Source: Trichomonas gallinae | Lineage: Eukaryota | Length of the DNA: 40,596 bases | Reading direction: 5' to 3' | Assembly (NCBI GenBank): GCA_008369845.1 | Contig: MRSU01001919.1 | Coordinates: 1 to 40,596, forward strand | Part shown: positions 1 through 14,108 of the stretch, in pieces | How the letters are laid out: each line of letters begins with the position of its first letter | How positions within the stretch are numbered: position 1 is the first letter of the stretch | Translations under genes and position numbers: made by a program | Notes under the pieces: generated by a model | Told to the model about the DNA's origin: nothing | Databases searched by the model: none | Seen by the model: the letters and a program-made list of their open reading frames with translations, nothing else

Positions 1-2590
1 ATGAAATAAACTATTCTTCGTATTTTTATAAATTATTTCGAAATTCTATCAAAAATTCTTATCTTATGCATTTTTCAGTTATAACTTGAGATTATATTAG
101 TGAATTAATAGTGTAATAAGCATAATGATATAAATTAATGCAATACCGCTTTTTTCACTTAAAAAATCGAAATTTTTAAGAAAAAGGCAACATTTTAGAG
201 AATATTACTATAAAAATGTATGTTTTATACGATACATTTTTCTCTGTATAAATCATTTGAAAATTCAATGGGAGTATCCCTATGGTCTGTGGCCCATATA
301 TACAAAGAATAGATCCAAAATTCAGATTTTCAAACCTCCGTGGTACCTTTTTAATTTTGGATAAATTCCGATATTATTCGCCTGTATGACAATTATTCAA
401 CATTTATGTCTCATAAACTAATGAAATATCATCCAAAATTCGTCTTTTATTTAAATAGTGATTTTATTGATCTCGAATTATTTGATATCTGTTAAAAATA
501 CATTTAATACTGGAGTTTTCATGAGTGATATGTGCCATATTTCATGTTAAAATCTATAATTTATGTTTAAATACAAAATCAAAATCGCAAAATCTGACAT
601 GTAAATCGTTTTCTCTAAAACCAAACTCATCATATTTCACGTCGAATGATTATATGCTTTGAGAAAACAAACAATACCTTAATAAGTAAGATCGACCAGT
701 TGTTGCTAAATTATTAATAGTTTCTAAAGTGTTCTATGATTAAACATCATCAGTATTCCAAGAGTATAATTGAAAATAAGAACAAACTTCATAATAAAAT
801 AAGACCAATCAGTCCAACGACCAGGTGGTAAAACAAAATTAACCTATTTGAGGGATTTAAGGCTGAAAAATTTTCGAAAAGAGATCATGATAGATCAGGA
901 GATACTTTTAATTAACATAAATAAAGCATAAATCTATCCAACTTTGGTTTATCGCCTCATTTAATTTTGTAAAGGAGGAATAACACTGTAATAATATATT
1001 ATTTAGTTTTAGCATTATTTAGAAATAACAGGCTTTTTTATGTCAGAAATTTTTGATAAAGCAACATAAAAAATTTATTTCGCAAAAATACATAATATCA
1101 TTAGTAAAACAGAATTAGCTGATTAATTGTAAAAATAAAATTGAATGGAAGTAATTGAGAATTTGGGGGTTGAATAGAAATATTTGAAAAGATCATTGAA
1201 AAATTCTTCTCAAAAAGTCATTCCTTGGCCTTTGAACGATTTTGATCATCTTTAGCAAATAAATGATTATCATACATGATGGATTGATTGTTCTAAAATG
1301 TGAAGTTCTCCATTGTTTTCACTTTTGTATGATGAAATTGTTAGATTTGGGGAAAATTATTCTATTTTGAGCATCAGGCATTACAAATATAATATATAAT
1401 GGTTGTATATGCTATATATCAACAAGGAACTACATTTTTCCCATAATTCAAATTTAATTAAATTATTTGAATGTCATTAATAAATCATGATGCGAATTGC
1501 ATAAGTATAATCAATCAAGTACAAAATATCATTTCAAAATAAGGATTATTTATTATTGCAAATCTCCAACATTTTACCAGCAATTTCTAACATAAATAAT
1601 CATGATCCGATTTTAAGTACAATTACAACATGCATAGATGAGAATTAAAGTTCGAAAAGAAATTTCAAAAATTATTCAAAAAATGCGGTCATTATAATAT
1701 CAATGTTTTCTGAACATTTACTCCATAATATAAGGAATATTCTATATAAATATTAGGTCACCTTGTCCTTGATCAGATTATTTTCATCAAAATTCCGAAA
1801 ATATTTCAAACAATTTTCCAAGCATAAATAAGTCTTTTGACGTTCGCTAATTCATTTATAATATTCCGATAATATTTAGCATCAAAAAAATCATATCCGC
1901 ACGATTTCATTGTGAAATCATATGATTTCTGACCAACACACTCCATATAATAGATGATTCCTTGCGAAATAGAATAAAATAATTCAACGTTCTTTCAACA
2001 ATTTCGAACAATTCAAAGTAACACTTTTCATATAAATGACGTTATGTACAGGAGTCATACTAGTGATTTCCCAAATATCATCCTGAAATTTCAAAGATAA
2101 TTTTTCAATTATCAAGATATTTTTTCGTAAATCTAGCTTTATTTGACTGTAAACAGTCAAACAAAATCGACAACAAAGGTTGCATATTTTTCTGAATATC
2201 GGAGGCTAATCAATCTTATCAAATTTCCATTAAAAAAAAAATAAAATAAAATTTGTAATTTACTATATAAATATAAAGGAATAAGTGAAATTTCTGCAGA
2301 TTTTCTTAATAGAAATTTTTGATTGAAAAAATGAAAGCAGATCTGACATAATGTATTCACGAAAGATTCTACTATAGTAATTCTGCAATCTTATAACCGA
2401 CTTTTCATAAAAACTTTTTTTTACATCGATTTCTGCATTTATTATTTATTATCTATTAAAGGAACAAATAATGATGCAGTAATTTTGTATTTTGAAAGAT
2501 GTCAAACCAAACATTCAGAAAATTTCGAAATTCAAATTTGTGAAATATATGGGCGTCAGAAAAGTAGCATTAGTGTTTTAAAACAGATTA

Positions 2591-3181
2591 ATGCGCTGTA
2601 GCTCATCTCATAGCAAGGAGAACTCACTGAAGGACGCAGATGGACATGATTCGAGCGAAGAAGGCTTCGTAAAACTAAAGAAAAATAAAACGTTATTCAC
2701 TAAAAAAGAGGATGAAAAGCTGATCAAGCTCGTCAAGTTTTTCGGAAAGAAGAGGAATGTTAACTGGCAGTTTGTAAGCCAACAGATGGGCAATAGAAGC
2801 GTTAGACAGTGCAAAGAACGTTATTCAAATTATTTGGATGACAGGGTGAATAGGAGTGAATTTACACCAAAAGAGAATCTTTTCATCCTCCAGAAGGTTG
2901 ATGAGATTGGAAAGAAATGGGCAAGAATTAGCTCACTAATGAATAAGCGATCAGAAGTCGGTGTTAAATCTCAGTATAAGAAACTGATGAGGCGCCATGC
3001 TACTATTGAGAATGTATTGACACTGGATGTTGATTCACATCCAGGTAGACGTAAATTACCGGAAATATCCGAAAAAGAGTCGATCCAATCCGCCATCAAA
3101 GTTGATGATCAAGTGTTCAACGAGCTATTTGGCGAATTAGAGTTCGATGAGTCAAAGTTGTTTGAGATAAGCATGATTTAA
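2591..3181 (+). CDS. R2R3 Myb-like DNA-binding protein (196 aa)
   Basis: Two Myb repeats: FTKKEDEKLIKLV..VNWQFVSQQMGNRSVRQCKERYSNYL and FTPKENLFILQKVDEIGKKWARISSLMNKRSEVGVKSQY; acidic/hydrophobic C-terminal tail. Confidence 0.93.
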   Translation: MRCSSSHSKENSLKDADGHDSSEEGFVKLKKNKTLFTKKEDEKLIKLVKFFGKKRNVNWQFVSQQMGNRSVRQCKERYSNYLDDRVNRSEFTPKENLFILQKVDEIGKKWARISSLMNKRSEVGVKSQYKKLMRRHATIENVLTLDVDSHPGRRKLPEISEKESIQSAIKVDDQVFNELFGELEFDESKLFEISMI

Positions 3182-4793
3182 CTCAGATATCTTTGTTATT
3201 TTTATAGTAAACCGTAATATTTAGTTATTAATTATCATATTTTTACTCTATATGTTTATATTTCTTTATATAACAAAATTGGACACAAAATCAAAATTGA
3301 ATAAAATTATATTTTCATGCTGACATATTATGGATATTATAGCCTTTATATTATCATATCTGTGTTTAGTAGAGATCAGAGATAGGCTATGGATAAATCA
3401 AAACACAATTTTATCACAATTCTTATCTGTGCGTTGGATGAACCTTTCCATATCTTCTATTAGTTGATATTCTGTTTGTTTTATGAGTTGGAAAATCAAA
3501 TTAAGGGTTTTGTCAAATCACGAAGGAAAAAACTGTAATTTTCAGAACTATCCATATATTAAATAGATATAGATTCATTATAGAACATGTTGCAAACGTC
3601 ATATTTGATTGAATTTCAATTCTGAGAGGACTTTGATATGATTCAACAACAAAATCACTCAATCAAACAAAATCAAACTAATTTTTTTCGGTTTTAATGT
3701 GTTAATCACATGATCATGTTGTTTTTCATCATATTTCATTGGAAATATGAAATCAAATTCCATACACTATCAGCTTATTGTGAATTAGTAATTCTGTTAA
3801 ATTATACGCAAATATATATAGCGAATGAATAAATACATTTTGAAAGAAAATCACAATTTAAATACATCAGCAAATTATCATTATTTTCATGTTTTGTAGG
3901 ATGTATACTTATTTAATGAATGTAAAAATGCTAGTTATCATATTAATTCTTGCTAAAAGTAGATCCATTTTAAATCTGGGAAATAATATCGAATACAATT
4001 TGTGATTGATATTATTAGTAGAGCAAATACGATTTAACCCATTGAAATGTATCTAATAATTTCAAGGAGAAGTTTACATATTCATTTCTTATTGAGTGGA
4101 ATTAATCACAAGATACATAGAAAGGATAAGTCTGAAATGTCTGCATACTTTGTCAATCATTGTCTTATTTAGTCGTTTTATGATGATTTTGAGCCTCTAT
4201 CTATCGACTACTTACAAAACATTTCGAATTTTGAATTTGTATCATATACAAAAGTTTCTATTTGATTGGAACTGCTTTATTATCATCTTATTAGCTAGTG
4301 TTCACATAAGAAAATAGTCTATTCATAATCCGAGTCGGTTCTGATCAATCTTCAGACATAAAAATTGATTAAATTTAATGCGAGAATCAAAATTTAGCAT
4401 ATTAAAGAAGTAAAAATATGTTTTGTCAATGTGAAAACGCCTGAAATCCATAATTTTTTTGTAAAAGTTTATGAAAAATCTAAAATATTGATTATTGAGC
4501 ACAAACCTTTTAGATATAAGCTAATGTAGTATAATATAAGCTATGTTCATAATGTCAGACTAAAATAGTATATAACATTGTAGATAAAATAATAAGAAAT
4601 AACGAAATTGAATGAAACTCGTTTGTTTATCACTAGAATTAGCATCTAATAGTAGAAACAAAGCTAATTTATCATCACCAAAGTCTATTTCAACTAACAA
4701 ATTGATGAGATAAATTTGAAATATTAAGAATAAGCGAATTTAGCATCAAAAAATAAACATTCTGATGCTTTTTAACATTCATCAAACAATATA

Positions 4794-5573
4794 TTAATAA
4801 ATTTCAACCATTTTCACTGGAGAAAGGACAACAGGAGAAAGGGAATGTTCCTGCTCAGTATCAATTATACTTGAGGATATAATTATGTGAGCTGCGCGGA
4901 TTTTCATCTGCAGGAAGTCATATCTCACTGTTTTCATTTCTTGGATATAATTGTCATTAATTTTCTGAAGCTGAGATGCAATGCTGTTGATGGGGAACAC
5001 AGAGCGGCTCTTCATCGAGTTAAATGTGTGAATTACAATTGCCTTAGTGTCGATATTGAGCCTATAAGTTCCAACATTAGATGTGTGCGAGATTATGCCG
5101 AGATGTTCAAGGAAAAACGCAGATAAATATAGTCTTCTGAGCATTCCCGACATCCTGGAGCGTTTTTGAGCCATCGCGAGGCAAATTTGTTTCAGGTTCA
5201 ATTCCTCTTTACCGAAGAAAATGAAGGCGATAATAGTCATGATGGTCAACTGTCCAATGGGTGGAGAGTCAGGGAGCTTGAAATTGCTCCAAAAATCTTG
5301 TGAAACCGATAGAATTTCCAGCTTTTCGTATTCTTGCTGAATGGTGTTAATCATATTCCTTTCTCCAAGCCATGTGTATGACTTATTTGCTCCTTTCGAG
5401 CACAATCCTAAGGCACACATCACATTAAATAAATCGTAAATTCTTCTTTTCTCGCATTTTTCGATCTCCGCGAGTTCCCTGATCCTTATATGAATGGTCT
5501 GCTGTGAAGAAAGCCTGTTAATTATCTTTCTAACTACAATTCCGAATCTGGACTCACTTTTGTTTTCAAGCAT
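4794..5573 (-). CDS. E2F/DP-family winged-helix protein with two DNA-binding-domain-like repeats (E2F7/8/DEL-like)
   Basis: EKRRIYDLFNVMCALGLCSKGANKSYTWLG matches the E2F RRxYD..NV...G signature; a second degenerate copy reads LRRLYLSAFFLEHLGIISH. The ORF track starts at TTG 5606; the first ATG is at 5573, with TCATT upstream on the minus strand at 5616-5620. Confidence 0.85.
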   Translation of the reverse strand: MLENKSESRFGIVVRKIINRLSSQQTIHIRIRELAEIEKCEKRRIYDLFNVMCALGLCSKGANKSYTWLGERNMINTIQQEYEKLEILSVSQDFWSNFKLPDSPPIGQLTIMTIIAFIFFGKEELNLKQICLAMAQKRSRMSGMLRRLYLSAFFLEHLGIISHTSNVGTYRLNIDTKAIVIHTFNSMKSRSVFPINSIASQLQKINDNYIQEMKTVRYDFLQMKIRAAHIIISSSIIDTEQEHSLSPVVLSPVKMVEIY

Positions 5574-8500
5574 TGAAACTGTTTGAACTTTTCGTAAACC
5601 ACTCAAACTGACCTGAATGAAAATTATTTTTGATAAACTTACTCTTTTTATTTATCTAAACATATTTTACATTAAAAAATTGATCGTACTGTATTCAAAA
5701 TTACTTTGAATGTCTTCGCATTTTTTACTTTCTTTTCAGTTCTCAATTTATAGCTTGTTTGCGTAATAACACATATTATATCATATAGAATTCACCAATC
5801 CAACAAAATGATTTAATTCTTATCAAAGTTAGTAAAACAATGATTTGTATAAAATAATTATCGTATTTTCTACTTATTTAGTCTATATTTACAATATTTT
5901 TAATTTTCAAAAACAACAGTTTTATCAACTTTGCTTATTATAATAATATATCACATCTACATCTCATATTACTCATTTGGGAAATATGATTTTATTCTGA
6001 AAAATCGCGATTAAAATTGAGAAGATTTCTATCCAAATCTCTGAAAAATGCAATTTGTAAAGTCACTTTTAATTAGAAAAAAATGTGTTGCGATAACATT
6101 TCTTATCAAATCAAATTTCATGATCTAATTTGAATAAACTCGTTTATAGTTGTTACTTGGTATTTGAAGTATGATTCTACTATAATTAGCCATAATGATT
6201 AAAACCAATAATACAAATAATCTGTAAACTATTTATTAGAAATATGCAAATGATTGTACCATTTTTCCTTGGTCTTTAGCTTAGTATATGCATAAAAGTA
6301 CAATTCTGCATCCCCAAATTTGATTGTTTCTACTTTCATATTCAATTTCTTATTTTGGAGCAAAATGAGTTCAAAATAAGAAATATGGCATACATATACT
6401 GCACAAATAGATAATATTATGCGTAAATTTCATCGTACGCCTTCATCCTTAATATTTTATCAGAAATCATGAAATATCGATATTTTGCGCTAATAATTGA
6501 AATATGTATCTTGAATTTAATATATATCTAGGTTTTTCTTACAAACTTAAGTGAAAAACAAAAATGCTCAAATCGAAAATAAATTTGCAAAATTGAAAAT
6601 AAAATTCTCGATTAATGGAAACTCGCTTGTTTGCCATAATCTATTATAATGCCAAGTTTTGCGTTTTTCGTGAACACCAGTTTCTGAGGCAGTGAAAGGA
6701 CAATCAGCAAAATTCTGACACATAAATTTTTCAAATATGACAAGTAAAGAATATTATGGTCAGTTTCCTTATTAATAGATTTTTTCGTTTTTTATCATTG
6801 TTCCTGCATCCGCAGTCTGTTATAACATAGGAAAACAAAATGGCATCAATTAATTTATATATCTCTGAAATTCGCTGTCAACATACTATAAACTACGATT
6901 TGCCCAATATACATAGTACTATTGCATCGAGTATCAGGTATGTCGCACCGTTACAAGACTATAACAGCTTATTTAATACATCAATCCTCACTCTAAGAAA
7001 AATCCGTCACTTTTCGGTTTATCAGTAAAGCGATTCATCAAGAATGGCATAATTTAATTTAGTCAGGCAATATCATAAGTAGTAATTCTTGCTCTATTGG
7101 CTATAGCATACCCAAACATTGCTATTACTAAGTGGATGATGTTTATTTTATGCGATATAAAAATATTTTACTTGAAATTTAAAAATCTGACACATAAAAT
7201 AAATTTTGACGCGTAACAGAAAATTTTATAAATTGAATTTGATTTTTTCTATTGGGGTATTTATACGATCATCATATCTCTTTGTAGTATGATTAACCTA
7301 AAAATCTAAACGAATGTAGGCAAAACTGAGGACATGGCGTCTTATATCAATAAAATTATCCACGATATGAAAGATTAAAGGCGCTAATAATACATTGATG
7401 ATTGTGTTTCTCTATGAGTTAAATTATGTTTACGCTAATCGTAATGTCGCAGTTCGTTATTTATATATTTTGTTAATATATTTTTCTCATTCGATAAATA
7501 GAATTCTAAATTGATTGTTTGATGCAATTGAGAATGATCACCTGATCTAGTTCATTGATGTTAATTGAATAATACCTTGAATAAACAATAAAATGTCAAC
7601 ATTCTTTCAATATATATCATATTTAAACCATTCCAATTCGAATAACCCAACCTTATATTCCAATTATATAGAATGATACATGTTCTATATCAATTCTACC
7701 ATCAATACGGAAAATCATTATTGACAGGAATAAAGCTTTTAAATTTTCTGACTATATCGATATTATATATCTCCATGTGACATGTTTAATGACATCCAAT
7801 TATGCTGCTCGGCATTTAATTTTCATTGAGGCTTTCAATTTGATGATCTTTTCTGTTATTTTTAAATTTTCTATATAAATATCCTTCTAATTCTTTACAA
7901 GGATGTTTTGGTGATACGGAAATTGATACATTTCAATTATTATAACGAAATCTCTTCAAAATCCGAAGAGTTACACAAACCGATGATCCTCACGCTATTC
8001 ATGTTATACATGCCACGTTTAATGAAGACCAAACTTGAAACAGTGTTTTCCAAATTTCTGTGAAGATTTGTAAAACTCACTGAAAATTTGAAAACAGTGA
8101 ATTTTTTGCTCTGAAAATATCATTTGAAATGAACTGTATTTTATCTTTAAGTGTTCGTTTGATCTAATATGATTTTAGACAATTACTGGTATCTATAACA
8201 TTACTTGCATGAGAACTCGTTCTACATCAAAGTTCCTTCACGTAATTAAAATTAGAATTGATATACAAGATTTCATAATATTTTCAAAATAAATTGCTAT
8301 TCCATACCGAATGAAATTAAAATAATGCTAATCATGTATCATTATGTTACGTATCAATGCATCGAGAATCAATTCATAAAGAATTAAAAAAAAATTTGAA
8401 TCCGAAGAAATAAAATTTGATATTGTAATACTCAAATCTATTACATATGAGGCATTTAAATTCATTATTTTAATTCATATGTTGTCATTTATCGTTTTTA

Positions 8501-9120
8501 CGAAAATTCGGAGAACTATAGATTTTTTTTCAAATTTATATTAAATACATAATATACTATATCTTATTAACTAATAATTCAATCTTTTTCCTATATTTGA
8601 ATCAAATTTCTGAAATTTTATTAAAAATCAGAGTATATATATACATCATATTTGGAGAGTTTTTTGTAACTGTTGAAAATATTTTCAAAAGTATCTTGCT
8701 TCAATCTGAAATTTTCTTTCGATAAAAAAAATAATCAGGCAATATTTAGTCTGTATAAAGTCTACAACAATGTTTGTATAATATATTATTAAGAAAAGAT
8801 TTTGACAAGACTGTATCTGAATTTGTACGTTTGCGGTTTTTACTGAAAATTATCACAAAATATATAATACTCGGCTTACTGGGAAGTAAAAAGAGAGTTT
8901 TCATCGCAGTGACTCAACTACGTTCAAATTATTTTTAAATGGTAATTCAAATAATAATCAAAATCTGATTGATTTGAGAGGCGAATATGTTATTCATTGA
9001 ATATCAAACGAAAGATAATGATACTAAACTGTCAATGAATATGTTTTGCATTTTATTTTTTATGAGAATGATAATTGAATTTTTTATTTTTTCAGTAGAA
9101 AAAAGGAAAGTAGACTACAT

Positions 9121-9546
9121 ATGCTTCCATATATCCAAGTAAAACCTGAGTTGAAGAACAAATCATGCAAGAGGACGACATCCCAGTCGATACGTGATTA
9201 TGAGAATGTTAGAATCAGAATTGCTGCTGCCGGAAATAATCTTAGTGTTGTGACATCCCATTTACATAGTATATTCGGACCGCATATTACAGCGTTCTCC
9301 TTGCTCAAGCAAGCGAAAGTATTGAGTGAAAGACTATCTTTATCTTTAGATCGATTAGCAACAAGAAATAGACAGGCATTATTTTGCTGGTTTACTGAGA
9401 ATTGGGAAATTGTAAGCAAATATCTGCCTGTTATGGCCGATAGCCCCCATTATCCAAATAAGCAAGTTATTCAAGCTAGGATTGATACCCCTCAAGTTGA
9501 TGAAATTGATATCACCGATATTAGATTCCTGTTGAATCAGCATTAG
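9121..9546 (+). CDS. Uncharacterised small protein, DRLA-RNR-CWF-ENW family (141 aa), paralogue 1
   Basis: ATG-started ORF; LDRLATRNRQALFCWFTENWE and C-terminal DITDIRFLLNQH are shared with the ORFs at 17870 and 19493. Confidence 0.85.
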   Translation: MLPYIQVKPELKNKSCKRTTSQSIRDYENVRIRIAAAGNNLSVVTSHLHSIFGPHITAFSLLKQAKVLSERLSLSLDRLATRNRQALFCWFTENWEIVSKYLPVMADSPHYPNKQVIQARIDTPQVDEIDITDIRFLLNQH

Positions 9547-9946
9547 ATGCTGAAAAAAATGGAATCAATATTTGTTTATTTCCATGTATTTGAATCTGAA
9601 TAAATGCTTTTGTAATTGTTTTATATAATAGTTTTACTTGAGCCCATAGAATTGATAGTATTTGCTTTGTTGTATTATTGAATTTGACATATTGTCCAAT
9701 TATGACTTATTTTCAAAATCTATATTGGGGAATGTTTACATCTATTGACTATATTACGAACGGCATTTCGACATTTTGATTTTCCAAGCCAATACAAAAT
9801 AGACTGAAAAATCCTCAACAATACACGGAAAGTTGCCAAATTGATAAGCTGATTAAGCATAGAAAGTGCCAAATTATGTTCCGATAATATTATATAATAT
9901 TTTAAGAAAAAATAAATTTATCAAACAAAATTTAAACAAAGGATAT

Positions 9947-10756
9947 CTAGCTTAAAACAAATAAACTAGACGGATCCGTGCTATTGAGTCGGATTAAATC
10001 AAGCAAGTGAAGAGAGCCTGTGATTCCACCATATTGGAAATCAAATAATTCTGGGAGCTTAGTGGAGCACTCGATTTCCACTTTAGTGACACCCTTAGCT
10101 GGATGTGGCTTTGTCATCTTCGGTAGAGCTGGCTCTGGTGATTGATATTTCTGGTTAATAAAATCAATGGAATTCATTCCAAGATCGCTTGGATACTTCT
10201 TGGATATGAGGTTATATCTATATCTGCACTGAACATCTGTCCTTCCCCTGACTTCATTGGCAATTTTTGTCCAACTATGATCTCCGTATAACTGGACGGA
10301 TTGTATTAGGATATAATCCTCCTCCTGTGTCCAAGCTGTCTTGTTGATCAATGGATTAAGAGATCGATTCCATCTTTGGGTGCATTGCGATCTTGTACGA
10401 CTGTTACCCACAAACTCTGAAATCTGCTTGAAATTCTCGAGTCCATACCTATGGATACCCGCTAAAAGACGGATATCTTCAATCGCAGTCCAATAATTAA
10501 ATTCTCTTCTTTTAATTGTGCTCTTGTGGCGGTATGAGTTAATGCTTCCATACTTATCCATGAGGGACTGGATAGTGATTATAGGCTGCGATGTTCCTAG
10601 GAGGTCTGAGCAAGCAGTTAAAGAGTCTTGGTAGCTGACTTTGTTCGTGATGAAGTCGTGCATGATCACGCGAAGGGATGATCTGTAATGGATGCCAACA
10701 GACGCAATAATGCTCTCTATCGGATCAGGCTGGAGTCCATCAACGTTATTTGACAT
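9947..10756 (-). CDS. R2R3 Myb-like DNA-binding protein with N-terminal helical extension (269 aa)
   Basis: WTAIEDIRLLAGIHRYGLENFKQISEFVGNSRTRSQCTQRWNRSLNP and WTQEEDYILIQSVQLYGDHSWTKIANEVRGRTDVQCRYRY. Confidence 0.95.
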   Translation of the reverse strand: MSNNVDGLQPDPIESIIASVGIHYRSSLRVIMHDFITNKVSYQDSLTACSDLLGTSQPIITIQSLMDKYGSINSYRHKSTIKRREFNYWTAIEDIRLLAGIHRYGLENFKQISEFVGNSRTRSQCTQRWNRSLNPLINKTAWTQEEDYILIQSVQLYGDHSWTKIANEVRGRTDVQCRYRYNLISKKYPSDLGMNSIDFINQKYQSPEPALPKMTKPHPAKGVTKVEIECSTKLPELFDFQYGGITGSLHLLDLIRLNSTDPSSLFVLS

Positions 10757-10763
10757 GAAGAAG

Positions 10764-10777
10764 AATGATTAAAATGA
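10764..10777 (-). promoter_or_regulatory. Tandem initiator (Inr, TCATT x2) of the Myb gene at 9947-10756
   Basis: The minus strand reads TCATTttaaTCATTcttcttcATG; both match the trichomonad TCA(C/T)(T/A) Inr within 25 nt of the ATG. Confidence 0.7.
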
Positions 10778-13700
10778 TTCATGAATTCAAATTGAGAACA
10801 ATTTTCAAATTTGAAGAGCTTTATTTTGTATCACATTGAAAAGTTAGAACAGAAAAAATATAATTAAAATAATGCCTATTTTGACATTGTGCATGCAACT
10901 ACAATAAAATGTCCCAGGTTTCATTACTTTACATTTTTATCGTCGGCACTGAAATTCAATGGATATCTTCTTAAATTTCAGAGAGTGTCTCAGAATTTAT
11001 TCAGATTTATATTGATTCTATGTTTCAATGCCATTTATGTAACACCAAATTCTGGTTCATATTGTTATGCTTTAAGAGCTATAGTTAATGTATCGATTTG
11101 AGAAGGAATGCTGTTACTTCGAGTAACGTACACTTTTGTTGCTATGGAATACGTTGAATAATTTAATTGTTAGGATTTGATGCCTATACTGACAATTATT
11201 AATGTCATTCATTTCATTTTCAATGGCTAAGAAATTTTTTTTTTCAGTAGGGTTTTTGAATATTGATATATACAATTATTCATTGTGACATCATAGACAT
11301 GAGAACATGTAAAAACATAAATAATTTTCTAAAGAAAAATAACAAGTCAATACATCTTACTCAAAGTGTTAATAATTTTGACAAGAGTTCAATGAATGGT
11401 TTGTTAAATTTGATTCTAAGATGTTTCCTGCGATTATTTTTAGCTTTGAAACAAAAATTTCGAATTCCCAAAAATTCATCTCAATGGATATATAGTAGTT
11501 AAATATCGTATATAAAGACAAAATTCCTAGTAGAATAACAAATGTATTGGCCGAAACTGGTTTATGTATATTAACATAAAATCTTCATTTTGCCAAATAA
11601 TGAATTATGTATATAGATCTAAAATGAATGAGAGAAAGATGCTATAACTTTAAAAGTGTAATATTCCGTATAATATTTAAAAAATCAAAATTTGAAAATA
11701 AAGAAAAGATGAATTTATTCATTCTAGTATGCATTATATTGACTAATGAATCACTAGACATATGTAAATAGTTGAAAAACTACGCACAAAATAATACAAG
11801 ATTACTATTTTGTATATGCTAATTTGAATACTTGCTCTCAACGAATTGAATATAGTTTATGGATTCAGAGCTAATTCAACTCCAATATTTTGTAGAAATG
11901 TCTAGTGTCAGTATCTTCATCATCGTTGAATAATGAATCTCTTCTCAAATTTGTTTTTGAGAATTACCAAAAATTTATTTGCTTCCATTTCTCGGTATTT
12001 TTATTATACATTTAAGTCCTATCCCATATATACTAAAATTGGTTTTTATGCCCAGTTTTTCCACTCAAATTCCTTATTGATGATGAATTTGGATTGTAAC
12101 ATATTTGATATATCTTAATTTATGATCAGTTAGCTTTTCCGACATAATCTTTTGAAAAAAGCCAAATTTTGTCTGTTTTATAGTTGTTTAGTGATCATTG
12201 TGATCTCTATGGGAAGTATAATCGAAATTACCACTCTATATTTTTTAATTATTATTCGTTAACCGTTCTCCAAAATTTCATCCTAAAATTATCGCTTTTT
12301 ATCTCATCATTCGCATATCATTGGCACTATCTATGCCTGTAAACGTTCACAGTAAATGAAAACTTTTCAGATTAATGAGATCTTCTCTTATTGATTTATA
12401 ATCATCTCGGCTTTCGGCCTTGTCTGATATTCATATTGCTTTTAATCCATTTTGATATTTCACAATATAGAATAAATTGTCCAAATGTCATATATTCTGA
12501 TTTTCATAATTTTCTTTTAATCGACAAATTCTTGTTTAGCATCAATAACATTATATATGCGTTTATATTCTCAATATAATATGTATACTCTTATGTACCC
12601 GTATTATAATCAAAAGAAAAAATAATGGATCAAATAATATAATTTGAACTATATATAGTGTGATATTTTATGCTCCCTATATGAGCATGGATAATTTTTT
12701 GTCTGAAGCACAAATTCTAAGATTTGGACATGAATCAATATCATTATCTTTATTCCCGTTGTCATTATTGAAATTATAATTTCGAAGTCATGAGTTATTG
12801 AGCATAGTATGAACACACAATCATGGTTATCTATACATATTTTGAATTAAAATAGAAAATTTCATTTTGAGAACTTGTTAATAATGTTTTCAGCTATTAA
12901 TGCATATTTGTGGATATAGAATCATCAATTTATTCTTTAACTCTGAAAAATAATTTGGAAAATTCTCTGTTATGATGTGAATATATCTGTGCATAATATA
13001 TAGTTCAAGACAATCCAAATGGTCTATTTTTATTGTTAAACGATTGATTTAACACTAATCTACTTTGCACGAAAAACGATTATAATATTTTAATGAATTG
13101 TGCTATTATGTAAGCAATATAAGCTGTTTCAAAGCAGATAACAACATTTTGGAATCAGAATTAAGCGTTTTGAAGAGTTGTGATTAATTTGTTTGATAAA
13201 AAAATGCTATGAATATTGTTTTGGTCCTTTAAATCGAATACTAATAAACTCCAAAATATAGCCTTACAGTGCTGCTTTCTCAAAAGTTCATTATTTCAGT
13301 TTGAAATAATTTCAAAACCTAAGAAAAGAGTTTCTTTACAGTTTAACCTATAGGTTAAATAGGAACAGTATGATGAATTTTGTGGTGTCGATATTTGATC
13401 ATCTAATCAAAAATGTAACAAAGCAAAAAAAAATTGTGAGTAACAAACGAGTAATGTTTTTCATTTTTCATGCAAAATGCTATTATTCACCACTACTATG
13501 CATTTCATATCATTGTTTGAAATTTACTTCAATTTTGAGAACAGAAATATGATCTTTTTTCCCCATCCTTTATCCAAGTTTTTGAGTATGCTCTTACTGG
13601 ATATTCATGTCCATCCACTGATTTAATAAAGTTCCTATTCGGTTCCTTTAATAAATTTTCATCAAAAAATATAATCTAACGTAATTATTAAAAATACAGC

Positions 13701-14108
13701 TTTTTGGAATGAATAATTCCATTATATTCATTGATGTAAAATAAATAATCGAGTTACACAAAATAAAATTACAGAAAAAATTTCAAATAATAAAATGCAA
13801 TGAATTATAAACTCATGTCATTGGATATAGTTTATGTTGTGATATAATATTATATTATTGCATATATTTATGCTATTTATTTAATTTTCATAGCTTTTGA
13901 AATTTGAATCAAAGCATATGACTTTAGTGAGTTCAACTGTGATATGTGATATGTGTAAATATGCTATATATAACATTTATGCCGGGACAATTAATATTTT
14001 GATTTTTCATCAAATATCTGTTGAAACCAAAATACGAAATAAAGCAAAAATCAACCATATATACGCATAGTTTTAAGACAAAATGTCAATGTTAGAATGT
14101 CAAATAAA

